A stretch of 63,271 nt of DNA, filler included, from Octopus bimaculoides (GCF_001194135.2; 4 parts of 4 records of this genome joined end to end with filler, not necessarily neighbours in it); one strand, 5' to 3'. Shown: positions 11,263-23,145, numbered from the whole stretch's first letter. Translations and numbers: made by a program. The notes: a model not told the origin generated them from the letters alone.

Positions 11263-14102
11263 TACTTGATATTTTCATCATGCCATTAAAGGCTTAATTA
11301 GCAAGATATAGTAGTAAACTGCCGTNNNNNNNNNNNNNNNNNNNNNNNNNNNNNNNNNNNNNNNNNNNNNNNNNNNNNNNNNNNNNNNNNNNNNNNNNNN
11401 NNNNNNNNNNNNNNNNNNNNNNNNNNNNNNNNNNNNNNNNNNNNNNNNNNNNNNNNNNNNNNNNNNNNNNNNNNNNNNNNNNNNNNNNNNNNNNNNNNNN
11501 NNNNNNNNNNNNNNNNNNNNNNNNNNNNNNNNNNNNNNNNNNNNNNNNNNNNNNNNNNNNNNNNNNNNNNNNNNNNNNNNNNNNNNNNNNNNNNNNNNNN
11601 NNNNNNNNNNNNNNNNNNNNNNNNNNNNNNNNNNNNNNNNNNNNNNNNNNNNNNNNNNNNNNNNNNNNNNNNNNNNNNNNNNNNNNNNNNNNNNNNNNNN
11701 NNNNNNNNNNNNNNNNNNNNNNNNNNNNNNNNNNNNNNNNNNNNNNNNNNNNNNNNNNNNNNNNNNNNNNNNNNNNNNNNNNNNNNNNNNNNNNNNNNNN
11801 NNNNNNNNNNNNNNNNNNNNNNNNNNNNNNNNNNNNNNNNNNNNNNNNNNNNNNNNNNNNNNNNNNNNNNNNNNNNNNNNNNNNNNNNNNNNNNNNNNNN
11901 NNNNNNNNNNNNNNNNNNNNNNNNNNNNNNNNNNNNNNNNNNNNNNNNNNNNNNNNNNNNNNNNNNNNNNNNNNNNNNNNNNNNNNNNNNNNNNNNNNNN
12001 NNNNNNNNNNNNNNNNNNNNNNNNNNNNNNNNNNNNNNNNNNNNNNNNNNNNNNNNNNNNNNNNNNNNNNNNNNNNNNNNNNNNNNNNNNNNNNNNNNNN
12101 NNNNNNNNNNNNNNNNNNNNNNNNNNNNNNNNNNNNNNNNNNNNNNNNNNNNNNNNNNNNNNNNNNNNNNNNNNNNNNNNNNNNNNNNNNNNNNNNNNNN
12201 NNNNNNNNNNNNNNNNNNNNNNNNNNNNNNNNNNNNNNNNNNNNNNNNNNNNNNNNNNNNNNNNNNNNNNNNNNACACACACACACACACACACAAATAC
12301 ACACACAAACACACACACACAATTAGTCAGTTTCTGGCTTGTCATTGCTTTCAGTCTCTGGCCGTTTCAAATAGATTCAACGCCCGGGAACTAATGAAAC
12401 AATCCGTCTCTCTATAGACTCCCTACATGAGTGAATTCCTGATAACATGACAACATGCTGTCTATAACATATTGCATTGTCTTCTGTAACTGCGCCTTCT
12501 AATCATATTAAATAAACTAGTGTCTAGATCAGTGTTAACTTTGTAAATGAGTCTGACGAAGTAATCAGTAAAACTTTCATTTAATATCGTACGGATTTAT
12601 ATAATTTATGCCTTTGTAGACTATCACGTTGATTGATGTAAAACATTCTACTACTGGTTATTGAACCGATTGTTTACTGATTAGAGCAAATAATGCCGCT
12701 ATCTTCATTACTTTTCTTGTTTAGCATATATAGGCACACACACACACACAAGCACACACACATATGTATATATGTATATATATATACTTTTATTCAAGCT
12801 GAATAGTCTTCATAAACTGTTACTCAGAAGAGCACCCTATGTCGGACAGTTGTGATCATACTGTCCGAGGAACTGTAGAGTGAAATTTGGAGTATCAGAT
12901 TCATTCGTGTACTATTTTCTTCCACCTTGTTTTGCCCTTATGTAACTACTCGCGCATACGTATTATGTACATATATATATATATATATATATATANNNNN
13001 NNNNNNNNNNNNNNNNNNNNNNNNNNNNNNNNNNNNNNNNNNNNNNNNNNNNNNNNNNNNNNNNNNNNNNNNNNNNNNNNNNNNNNNNNNNNNNNNNNNN
13101 NNNNNNNNNNNNNNNNNNNNNNNNNNNNNNNNNNNNNNNNNNNNNNNNNNNNNNNNNNNNNNNNNNNNNNNNNNNNNNNNNNNNNNNNNNNNNNNNNNNN
13201 NNNNNNNNNNNNNNNNNNNNNNNNNNNNNNNNNNNNNNNNNNNNNNNNNNNNNNNNNNNNNNNNNNNNNNNNNNNNNNNNNNNNNNNNNNNNNNNNNNNN
13301 NNNNNNNNNNNNNNNNNNNNNNNNNNNNNNNNNNNNNNNNNNNNNNNNNNNNNNNNNNNNNNNNNNNNNNNNNNNNNNNNNNNNNNNNNNNNNNNNNNNN
13401 NNNNNNNNNNNNNNNNNNNNNNNNNNNNNNNNNNNNNNNNNNNNNNNNNNNNNNNNNNNNNNNNNNNNNNNNNNNNNNNNNNNNNNNNNNNNNNNNNNNN
13501 NNNNNNNNNNNNNNNNNNNNNNNNNNNNNNNNNNNNNNNNNNNNNNNNNNNNNNNNNNNNNNNNNNNNNNNNNNNNNNNNNNNNNNNNNNNNNNNNNNNN
13601 NNNNNNNNNNNNNNNNNNNNNNNNNNNNNNNNNNNNNNNNNNNNNNNNNNNNNNNNNNNNNNNNNNNNNNNNNNNNNNNNNNNNNNNNNNNNNNNNNNNN
13701 NNNNNNNNNNNNNNNNNNNNNNNNNNNNNNNNNNNNNNNNNNNNNNNNNNNNNNNNNNNNNNNNNNNNNNNNNNNNNNNNNNNNNNNNNNNNNNNNNNNN
13801 NNNNNNNNNNNNNNNNNNNNNNNNNNNNNNNNNNNNNNNNNNNNNNNNNNNNNNNNNNNNNNNNNNNNNNNNNNNNNNNNNNNNNNNNNNNNNNNNNNNN
13901 NNNNNNNNNNNNNNNNNNNNNNNNNNNNNNNNNNNNNNNNNNNNNNNNNNNNNNNNNNNNNNNNNNNNNNNGGGGCTTCGTAAAAAAAAGGCGTTAAACT
14001 TTAAGAACTTAACCAACTACCCGGGTATTTCAGCTGATCACTTTTCATATCAGCATTCTAACTTGCAAGGGAGAATGCAAAATATCCCTCAATCTATATC
14101 GA

Positions 14103-14159
<57 letters not shown>

Positions 14160-14767
14160 GTCTGTCTGTCTGGCTGTGAGTCTGTCTGTCTGTCTGTCTG
14201 TCTTTCTGGCTGTGAGTCTGTCTGTCTGTCTATCTATCTATCCATCTTTTTATCTATTTGTGTCCATATAACCATGCATGCACATATGTATGGATTCTAC
14301 GTAACAAAATTCACTCGAATATCTGTGCGGGCGTACATGTGCATAGTTTTCCATATGAGAATGTTTCGATATACGAAGCAACAATGTATCATATATACGT
14401 CAGTATATACGTATGTCAGCCTGTCTAAATATGTATATGTGTTTATATTGGGTGTTTATATGTGTACGAATATATCGAAAAGATATTTATGAGTAGGTCA
14501 CGAATAAATGTGTCGGTGTTTATGTGTGTATACATATATAGATTCAAACTGAACTACAGTTTAAACTATATTTGATGCGAAGTCACGAACTAGTATGTGA
14601 GTGTCTATATGCAAACAGGAATGAACGTGTACGAATGGGTATATAATAAAGTTTTAGAAAGTGGGTGTATATGTGGACGTGTGTCTATAGGTCTTCATGT
14701 CTTTATTTGAATGGATGTATTGGCGTGTGCAAGCGTTAGTCTGTGACTGTTTATGTATGTATGTATG

Positions 14768-14798
<31 letters not shown>

Positions 14799-14799
14799 C

Positions 14800-14861
<62 letters not shown>

Positions 14862-15403
14862 NNNNNNNNNNNNNNNNNNNNNNNNNNNNNNNNNNNNNNN
14901 NNNNNNNNNNNNNNNNNNNNNNNNNNNNNNNNNNNNNNNNNNNNNNNNNNNNNNNNNNNNNNNNNNNNNNNNNNNNNNNNNNNNNNNNNNNNNNNNNNNN
15001 NNNNNNNNNNNNNNNNNNNNNNNNNNNNNNNNNNNNNNNNNNNNNNNNNNNNNNNNNNNNNNNNNNNNNNNNNNNNNNNNNNNNNNNNNNNNNNNNNNNN
15101 NNNNNNNNNNNNNNNNNNNNNNNNNNNNNNNNNNNNNNNNNNNNNNNNNNNNNNNNNNNNNNNNNNNNNNNNNNNNNNNNNNNNNNNNNNNNNNNNNNNN
15201 NNNNNNNNNNNNNNNNNNNNNNNNNNNNNNNNNNNNNNNNNNNNNNNNNNNNNNNNNNNNNNNNNNNNNNNNNNNNNNNNNNNNNNNNNNNNNNNNNNNN
15301 NNNNNNNNNNNNNNNNNNNNNNNNNNNNNNNNNNNNNNNNNNNNNNNNNNNNNNNNNNNNNNNNNNNNNNNNNNATAAACGTGTATGTATATATGTATTT
15401 ATC

Positions 15404-15436
<33 letters not shown>

Positions 15437-15635
15437 TATCTATCTATCACTTTGTACACATATTTACATATACATTATACGTATATACATATACATACGC
15501 ACTTATATATTGTATACAGACACACACACACACACATACACACACACATACACACACACACACACACACAAATGTATAGGTTTCGCACGTTTTTGGTGTG
15601 TATCAGGCTATATTGATACCTATTAAATTATTATG

Positions 15636-15970
15636 ATTTTCTAAAGTAAGACTTCAAAACCAATTCACAATTTTATAAATATTCCCTAGGAACGGTTTTT
15701 ATAAAATTTGCATTTTGCAACAACTGTTCCGTGTTTGTTGATACATTCAACAGTACACATTGTGTGTATATACTTTATACACTGTGAATACAGTGTGTAT
15801 AAAATTTATACACTGTAAGTGTGTATGTATACAGTTTAAATAAAACAATAATGTTTTATTGGATGCCATGTTCATCATTGTGAGAAGACTCAATTCTTTT
15901 CCCTTGACAATAAAATATGTCAATATGTAGAGAATGATTTTAAGATGAACTTACTGATGTGTTTAAATAA
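15636..15970. repeat. Diverged direct duplicate of 3322-3640
   Basis: See 3322-3640. Confidence 0.85.
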
Positions 15971-16189
15971 AACTACACTAAAAACTAGCGTACCAAAATA
16001 GATTTTATCTTTTCAGTCAGGCAGAGACAAAACAGTAGTTTCAGAGGTTTTTCCTGGTTCATTAGTGGTAGGTTTCTCATTTTTGAGATGGCAGAGAAAA
16101 TGAAATTGAACAGATATATACTGAATACAAATATTTCTGTCATAGGAAGAATGTGACTTAAAACTAAATTGTTCTACTAAATTGGACAA

Positions 16190-16352
16190 TAGCCGAGGGT
16201 ACGTGTGGTTAAGAAGATCGTTTTGCAACCACATGGTTTCCGGTTCACTTCCATTGCACGGCTCCTTAGCCAAGTGTCTTCCTCTATAGCCCCAGGCCGA
16301 CCAATGTCTTGTGAGTGAATTTGCTTGACGGAAACTATGCGGTAGCCCATCG

Positions 16353-16355
<3 letters not shown>
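16190..16355 (+). mobile_element. SINE family A, 5' half, diverged
   Basis: Collinear with 6798-6965; ends in (TA)n(CA)n at a gap. Confidence 0.8.
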
Positions 16356-16386
<31 letters not shown>

Positions 16387-16612
16387 NNNNNNNNNNNNNN
16401 NNNNNNNNNNNNNNNNNNNNNNNNNNNNNNNNNNNNNNNNNNNNNNNNNNNNNNNNNNNNNNNNNNNNNNNNNNNNNNNNNNNNNNNNNNNNNNNNNNNN
16501 NNNNNNNNNNNNNNNNNNNNNNNNNNNNNNNNNNNNNNNNNNNNNNNNNNNNNNNNNNNNNNNNNNNNNNNNNNNNNNNNNNNNNNNNNNNNNNNNNNNN
16601 NNNNNNNNNNNN

Positions 16613-16650
<38 letters not shown>

Positions 16651-16684
16651 CTGTAAAAATATATGACGCTTATTCGGTAGCCAT

Positions 16685-16745
16685 GATAAAACTCCGAGTT
16701 TCGGATGCCGGGGTGGGAACCCACGCCAACATCTCTTCAGTCGAG
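16685..16745 (-). ncRNA. Hammerhead-ribozyme-like motif, second family
   Basis: CUGAAGA, long stem II (GAUGUUGG/CCGGCAUC plus GUGG-GUUC-CCAC), C, GAAAC, stem III ACU-CGG-AGU, then U; the 5' strand of stem I is not complementary in this copy. Confidence 0.55.
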
Positions 16746-16859
16746 AGTTCCAATAGAGAAGGAAGATGAGGCTTTCTCAAGATCAGCAGATTCAGTTGAA
16801 TTAGGTACTTAATTTGATGCATATTATTCCTTTAGGTCGGAATAATATACACACAGAAA

Positions 16860-16965
16860 TATTCTTTTCTACTCTAAGCACAAGGTCCGAAACTTTTGAG
16901 GTAGGGGACAGTCTATTAGATCGACCTCAGTACGCAACTGGTACTTAATTTATCGACCCCGAAGG
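16860..16965 (-). mobile_element. SINE family F, 3' fragment
   Basis: Reverse complement of ...TTCGGGGTCGATAAATTAAGTACCAGTTGCGTACTGAGGTCGATCTAAT...CCTTGTGC. Confidence 0.75.
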
Positions 16966-16977
16966 ATTATTATTATT

Positions 16978-17225
16978 AAGGTCACTGCTTGAAATCCAAC
17001 TCGGAATCTTGGGGTTACTATCCAGCGCTCTTAACCACTACGCCATATGCCTGTGGGTATATATATTAATAATAATATCGAAAAATACCTTTGGAATGAG
17101 AGCCCAGGTTCGAAATTGCCCCAAGACACCTGATGAAGGCTGGAGGGTATATCAGCCGAAACGCTGTGTTAACAACAAACAAGATAAGGACAAATATCCG
17201 TCAAATGTAAATAATATAAATAATA
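16978..17225. mobile_element. Family G composite repeat: tRNA-like module (minus) head-to-head with a hammerhead-bearing module (plus)
   Basis: 16978-17055 minus reads GGCATATGGCGTAGTGGTTAAGAGCGCTGG...CCGAGTTGGATTTC (tRNA-like); 17075-17225 matches both arms at 5241-5715. Confidence 0.8.
17125..17170 (+). ncRNA. Minimal type I hammerhead-like motif (family G), best-preserved copy
   Basis: GACAC-CUGAUGA-A-GGCUG-GAGGGUAUAU-CAGCC-GAAAC-GCU-GUGUU; stem I GACAC/GUGUU and stem II pair; GCU departs from the required NUH. Confidence 0.6.
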
Positions 17226-17359
17226 TATGTTCTCATGTTTATCAACGTTAACATGCACCCTAAGACAAACACAGAGTTCTACAGACACAGAATCTTATAT
17301 CAGGCTTGAATTTTCGTATATGGAAACAAACATATGTATATTATTATCATTATTATTGA

Positions 17360-17800
17360 CGGTCGTAGGATCGCGGTTTCGATTCCCAAACCGGGTGTTG
17401 TGAGTGTTTATTGAGCAAAAACACTTAAAGCTCCACGAGTCTCCGGCAGGGGATGGTGGCGAACCCTGCTGTACTCTTTCACCACAGCTTTCTCTCACTC
17501 TTACTTCCTGTTTCTGTTGTACCTGTATTTCAAAGGGGTTACNNNNNNNNNNGCTGTACTCTTTCACCACAGCTTTCTCTCACTCTTACTTCCTGTTTCT
17601 GTTGTACCTGTATTTCAAAGGGGTTACCCTTGTCACACTCTGCATCACGCTGAATCTCCCCGAGAACTACGTTAAGGGTACACGTGTCTGTGGAGTGCTC
17701 GGCCACTTGCACGTTAATTTCACGAGCGGGCTGTCCCGTTGATCGGATCAACTGGGACCCACGTCGTCGTAACCGATGGACTGCCACTTATTATTATTAT
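17360..17800 (+). mobile_element. SINE family B, 5'-truncated, within a (TTA)n tract
   Basis: Collinear with 9231-9620; about 75 bp is repeated across a 10-N gap, most likely an assembly overlap. Confidence 0.9.
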
Positions 17801-17943
17801 ACAATATTATTAATCTTCGAACAATCTGATTGTTGCATTAAACTAATGATCGAAAAGCCTTCCATAATGTTTTATTTTTAGTTACTGCAGACAGTGTAGT
17901 GACTCGTTAAGTAGCCGTGGCCACTTAATGTAGCTTTAATTGC

Positions 17944-17981
<38 letters not shown>

Positions 17982-18219
17982 TATGTATACATATAATGTA
18001 ACTAATCTACGGAAAAGACAGTTTTTCAGACATTTATGCCGCTGGAATTAGTCAATATGTTTTGCTTTGATCGGATTATTTATTATTAAGTGCCAGACAC
18101 ATTTTCCACTCACTTTTTTCGAATCAATGGTAATACGAGTTTTATGAATCTCGGCATGGTTCAAACTCGTATGTATTTACTTCTGATGTAATAAAATAAT
18201 TTGACTTGGGGTGGTGGGA

Positions 18220-18394
18220 AAAATGCTTTCTGTTACTTTGTCCGTCTTTACGTTCTGAGTTCAAAATCCAGCCGAGGTTAACTTTACGATTCATTCTTTC
18301 GTTGTCGATAAATAAGTACCTGCTAAGCAATGGGGTCGAGGGAACAGATTATACTCCATGTCCCAAATTTCAGGCCTTGTGCAATAGTGGAAAA

Positions 18395-18400
<6 letters not shown>
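18220..18400 (+). mobile_element. SINE family F, diverged
   Basis: TCCGTCTTTACGTTCTGAGTTCAAA...GCCGAGGTTAACTTT...GTCGATAAATAAGTACC...GGCCTTGTGC. Confidence 0.75.
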
Positions 18401-18424
<24 letters not shown>

Positions 18425-18426
<2 letters not shown>

Positions 18427-18501
18427 GATATAGAGAGAAGAGTTCTTTACTTGAATACCAAGTATTGGTATTCAAGTAAATAACTCTTCTCTCTATATCT
18501 A
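18425..18501. repeat. 77-bp near-perfect hairpin (37-bp arms, 3-nt loop)
   Basis: TAGATATAGAGAGAAGAGTT(C/A)TTTACTTGAATACCAA arms with a single mismatch; loop GTA. Confidence 0.95.
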
Positions 18502-18539
18502 TAAAAACTTCTATTGAGTTACTTCAGTCCTACATAAAC

Positions 18540-18583
<44 letters not shown>

Positions 18584-19551
18584 CTTCATAACACAGTGTA
18601 GGTAAAAATGCTCCGGAGTCTTTAGTCATCTGTCAAGTCACAACAAGGACCTCAGACAGATAATACTTTCCTTAAGATGTACGCTGTGCCCAATACATGT
18701 CTAGAAATAGCTGTCAAAACCGTTATAAAGCCACTATAACCACTCATATTATATCTCCTCAACAATAAAAGCTGTCGGCGAGCGACATGGCATAGAAATT
18801 CAAAATTTAATTAAAAATAAAAGGTTAGTCCTCTATTGAAATTTCTTATAAAAGCTGTGCATGACGTTTGAATTCAGAATTTGAATTGTGTAGATAGAGG
18901 TTGATACATTATTCTTGCCGGTTGGGATACATGTTAAGCCCCATGGTATGTTTTTTGTGTTAATTTCTATGTACGGGAATGTCCTCCTGACGAGAAAAAA
19001 TGCTTATCAATTTGTGTTGCAAGATTCCTGGTGTGAAATTGCGTGTTTAAACAGATATTGTTGTATTTCGGGATGGTCATTTTATTTATACATTTAAATA
19101 GATAAATAAATGAATATATTTGTCACATACTTGTGATAAATATAAGAAATAGAGAAAGATAAAATAAATAAATAAGTCCATCTAAACGGCATGGATAGAA
19201 ACAACATACGAAGCGAACCCATACGCACACACAAACACACACACATGAAATTTCACGGGCGGCTACAACAATGTCAACAAAATGAACAAAACTATAGCAG
19301 CAGCGGTTGTGACAACGATAGCAATAATAACAACAACTAACATGATGGCAACAGCGTGGGCGAACAAACAAATACAGAGAGAAACAGGAACTATACCAAA
19401 TTTTTGGTCTTAGGGCAGCAGCAGCACAATGGGGTGAGAGGATGGGCTGAAGGAAAGGCCATACTGCTGCTAAGTCAATGACAGACACAAGCCTACACAC
19501 ACACGCGCGCACACGAAATACAACAATATATATATATACAAAGAGAGAGGG

Positions 19552-19591
<40 letters not shown>

Positions 19592-19999
19592 NNNNNNNNN
19601 NNNNNNNNNNNNNNNNNNNNNNNNNNNNNNNNNNNNNNNNNNNNNNNNNNNNNNNNNNNNNNNNNNNNNNNNNNNNNNNNNNNNNNNNNNNNNNNNNNNN
19701 NNNNNNNNNNNNNNNNNNNNNNNNNNNNNNNNNNNNNNNNNNNNNNNNNNNNNNNNNNNNNNNNNNNNNNNNNNNNNNNNNNNNNNNNNNNNNNNNNNNN
19801 NNNNNNNNNNNNNNNNNNNNNNNNNNNNNNNNNNNNNNNNNNNNNNNNNNNNNNNNNNNNNNNNNNNNNNNNNNNNNNNNNNNNNNNNNNNNNNNNNNNN
19901 NNNNNNNNNNNNNNNNNNNNNNNNNNNNNNNNNNNNNNNNNNNNNNNNNNNNNNNNNNNNNNNNNNNNNNNNNNNNNNNNNNNNNNNNNNNNNNNNNNN

Positions 20000-20232
20000 A
20001 GTGTGACAAAGCTGGCCCTTTGAAATACAGGTACAACAGAAACACGAAGAAAGAGCGAGAGAAAATTGTGGTGAAAGAGTACAGAAGAGTTCGCCACCAC
20101 CCCCTGCCGGGGCCTTGTGGAGCTTTAGGTGTTTTTGCTCAATAAACACTCACAACGCCAGCTCTGGGAATCGAAAGCGCGATCCTATGACCGCGAGTCC
20201 GCTGCCCTAACCACTAGGCCATTGCGCCTCCA
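20000..20232 (-). mobile_element. SINE family B, 5' part; 3' part lost in a gap
   Basis: Collinear with 9390-9620. Confidence 0.9.
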
Positions 20233-20515
20233 CTCATGTATGTATACAGATATGTAGAAGCAATAAAGAGACATGATTGCACACATACATACACACAAAC
20301 ACACAAACACACACACACACATATACACTCACGCATATATTCATGTACGCACCCAGTTTACGCCTACGTACAATATTTTTGCAACACCAATGCCAAATCA
20401 AATTTATTAGACATAAGGACTAAGTGAATAGAGTTCCGATCCATCCACCATCCCTCTGTCTGTCTGTCTGTCTGTGTCTGTCTGTCTCTCTATCTGTCTA
20501 TCAATCTATCTATCA

Positions 20516-20553
<38 letters not shown>

Positions 20554-21109
20554 GTTTTTGTGTGTATGCTATTAAGAATATTTAATATTCTTCCTGACGA
20601 CATTGTTGCGACAGATTCATTTTTTTCCCTTAGTCTATTAAGATGTAACTCCTGTCACTTTGTATCGCTATATTTTTCAACAACCTGTCTACGAACTGTT
20701 TGTATTCCGAAATATAAAACTCGCTTGAGTTTCCACCATGTCAATTTGTGAACTGAAACGAAAATGTCTTTTTTTATAGAATGAGTTTAAATAAATTATT
20801 TGCTTTTTTTTCTCCCCTGCCACTATTATTTCAATGTAGTTTAACACGGACTATATGGCATGTGGATGGCAGAATAGGTAGTGCATCCAACAAGTATTCT
20901 TTGTTATTAGATTATGTTATCTGACATATTGCGTTCAAGTCGCCATTATCTCCTCTTTTCCGGGCCCTCTTCTTCGGTCCATAGGATAAATATCACTTGA
21001 CAAAACAAAAGAGGGTTCATGTAATCTGCTATACCACAGAATTCTTTGCAGCAACATGATTACAGTCCAGTAATTGGAACCATTAAAAGAATGAACCAGT
21101 TCATTAATT

Positions 21110-21517
21110 CTTTTATTCTTTTATTAGTTTCAGTCATTTGACTGCAGCCATGCTGGAGCACCGCCTTTTAGTCGAGAAAATCGAACCCAGGACTTATTCT
21201 TTGTAAGCCGAGTACTTATTCTATCGGTTTCTTTTGCCTATCTGCTAAGTTACGGGACGTAAACACACCAGCATCGGTTGTCAAGCGATGTTGGGGGGAC
21301 AAACACGGACATACAAACATACACACACACATACATATACAAATACATATATACGACGGGCTTCTTTCAGTTTCCATCTACCAAATCCACTCACAAGGCT
21401 TTGGTCGGGCTGAGGCTATAGTAGAAGACACTTCCCCGAGGTGCCACACAGTAGGACTGAACCCGTAACCATGTGGTTGGTAAACTAGCTGCTTACCACA
21501 CATCCACTCCTGCGCCT
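21110..21517 (-). mobile_element. Full-length SINE family A
   Basis: Head AGGCGCAGGAGTGG, CORE-like GGCACCTCGGGGAAGTGTCTT, internal (TA/TG)n, tail GGCGGTGCTCCAGCATGGCTGCAGTCAAATGACTGAAAC with an A-rich end. Confidence 0.92.
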
Positions 21518-21581
21518 ATGCCACACAGCCACTCCTGCGCCTGTACACACACACACACACACACGCACACACACACACACA

Positions 21582-21624
<43 letters not shown>

Positions 21625-21914
21625 TTGTATTTCATATATATATGAAAGAGAGTAGGTAACGATTGAGAATATATACATGCTTTTTCTGCGTATACATTAC
21701 CTCTAATCGCCCATCTTGGTCATTTTGTTAATGTCAGAAATCATACGGAGTAAATATAGTACCGCATACTTATTAATTGAGGATATAATCATTAAAATGA
21801 TTATATCAGTGGTTAGCGTATAGAAAACGACCATATCGGTAAAATTAATTTTTAAAGTATATGGTTATAAAATTATAATTATAATCAAGGGCGCTGCATG
21901 TGTATATGTATGAA

Positions 21915-22160
21915 GGCGCGTGGACTAGAGGTTAATGTACTGTACTCACGATCATTAGAATATGCCTTCAATTCTTGGACCGGGCGCTACGTTGTGTTCC
22001 TGAGCAAAACAATTCATTTCACACTGCACCAGTCCATTCAGCTGTAAATGAGTAACCCTGCGACGGCTCGGCGTGTCGTTCAAAGAGAATGTTGTGAACT
22101 CGGTTACTTATACACAATGGAAACCAGGTGACCGGCCTGATGAAGTCAAGGGATCAAAAC
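21915..22160 (+). mobile_element. Old CORE-like SINE (family E)
   Basis: Degenerate tRNA head, then GTTCCTGAGCAAAAC...CCAGTCCATTCAGCTGTAAATGAGTA, and an unrelated tail. Confidence 0.65.
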
Positions 22161-23145
22161 AGAACTAACTAACTATGAAATATATCTCAATGTAAACTGT
22201 GAAACGGGGATCAATTTTTTTTTCATATTTTCCTATTCCTTGATGGTGTTATTCAATCACATGACACGAAGTCCGCTTTTCTCTCCTTCTCAATCAAACC
22301 AGTATTTTATATTTTATCGATAAATTTATACCCTGGTAAATACAGCTTTCATAATATAGTCGTACATATCCATTTTGTATAACTTAGAATCTTTTATTTT
22401 CTATATAATACTACGCGCCGTATTTATTCACTACATATTCTCAAGCCGTTTTTAACACTTTCGATAACATAAATGTAAATAAGATTTGAAATCTAGATTT
22501 TATCCTATTTTTTCAGACCATTTCTAATACACTTTCCTATTCTTTATGTATAGCATATCTAGGAATATGTGGATGGAAGTAACTTACCACTTGATGCCTC
22601 AATAGATATTCCACCCCATTTGACTTTCTTTCATAACGTTATAGGAGAGAGCATTATATCAATTCTTTAACAAATGTATTTTGTTTCCCCTTCATTGCGT
22701 TGCTTTTGAATCCAGCTATTTTCATTATTTCCATATCAATCTCCAACAAATATCATGAAAGAACTGTCAAGATAAACATTCATACAGAGATCAAAAGATA
22801 TTTCACAAACAAAGATTTATCTCCGAAGATCAACTAACTCAAACATGATTCGAAAAAAAAAACAAAAAAAAAACGAAAAACAAAACAAAACAAAATAAAA
22901 ATTTTTTTTTATGAAAAACGCAAAAGAAAAAGAAACATTGATATTTCCGAGAACAAGGGAGACATTTAGCAATTTGAGCAGAATTCCTCTCTGGGAAAAT
23001 GGTTGTTGTAGCTGTCGAAAGAAAGCCTTGGAGAGTATTTTAAGGTCAGGTTGGAGCAAATGAGAGAAAACAATATTAAACATTTGAATTCAAAGATGCT
23101 AATTAGGAAGAGACAAGCCAATCAATAAAATGTTTTAAACAATAA

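Noticed and set aside
17468-17626. About 75-bp direct duplication inside a family B SINE
   Set aside because: Identical copies on either side of a 10-N gap indicate an unmerged contig overlap.
20560-20752. Exon-like minus-strand frame with one TGA
   Set aside because: Acceptor is plausible but there is no convincing donor or homology; not distinguishable from chance.
22135-22160. CTGATGAAGTCAAGGGATCAAAAC as a third hammerhead
   Set aside because: No GAAAC, weak stem II, and no stem I or III.
22588-22700. Strong minus-strand donor GTG|GTAAGT
   Set aside because: All three frames hit stops within about 60 nt and no good acceptor was found; it could be a UTR exon but cannot be supported.
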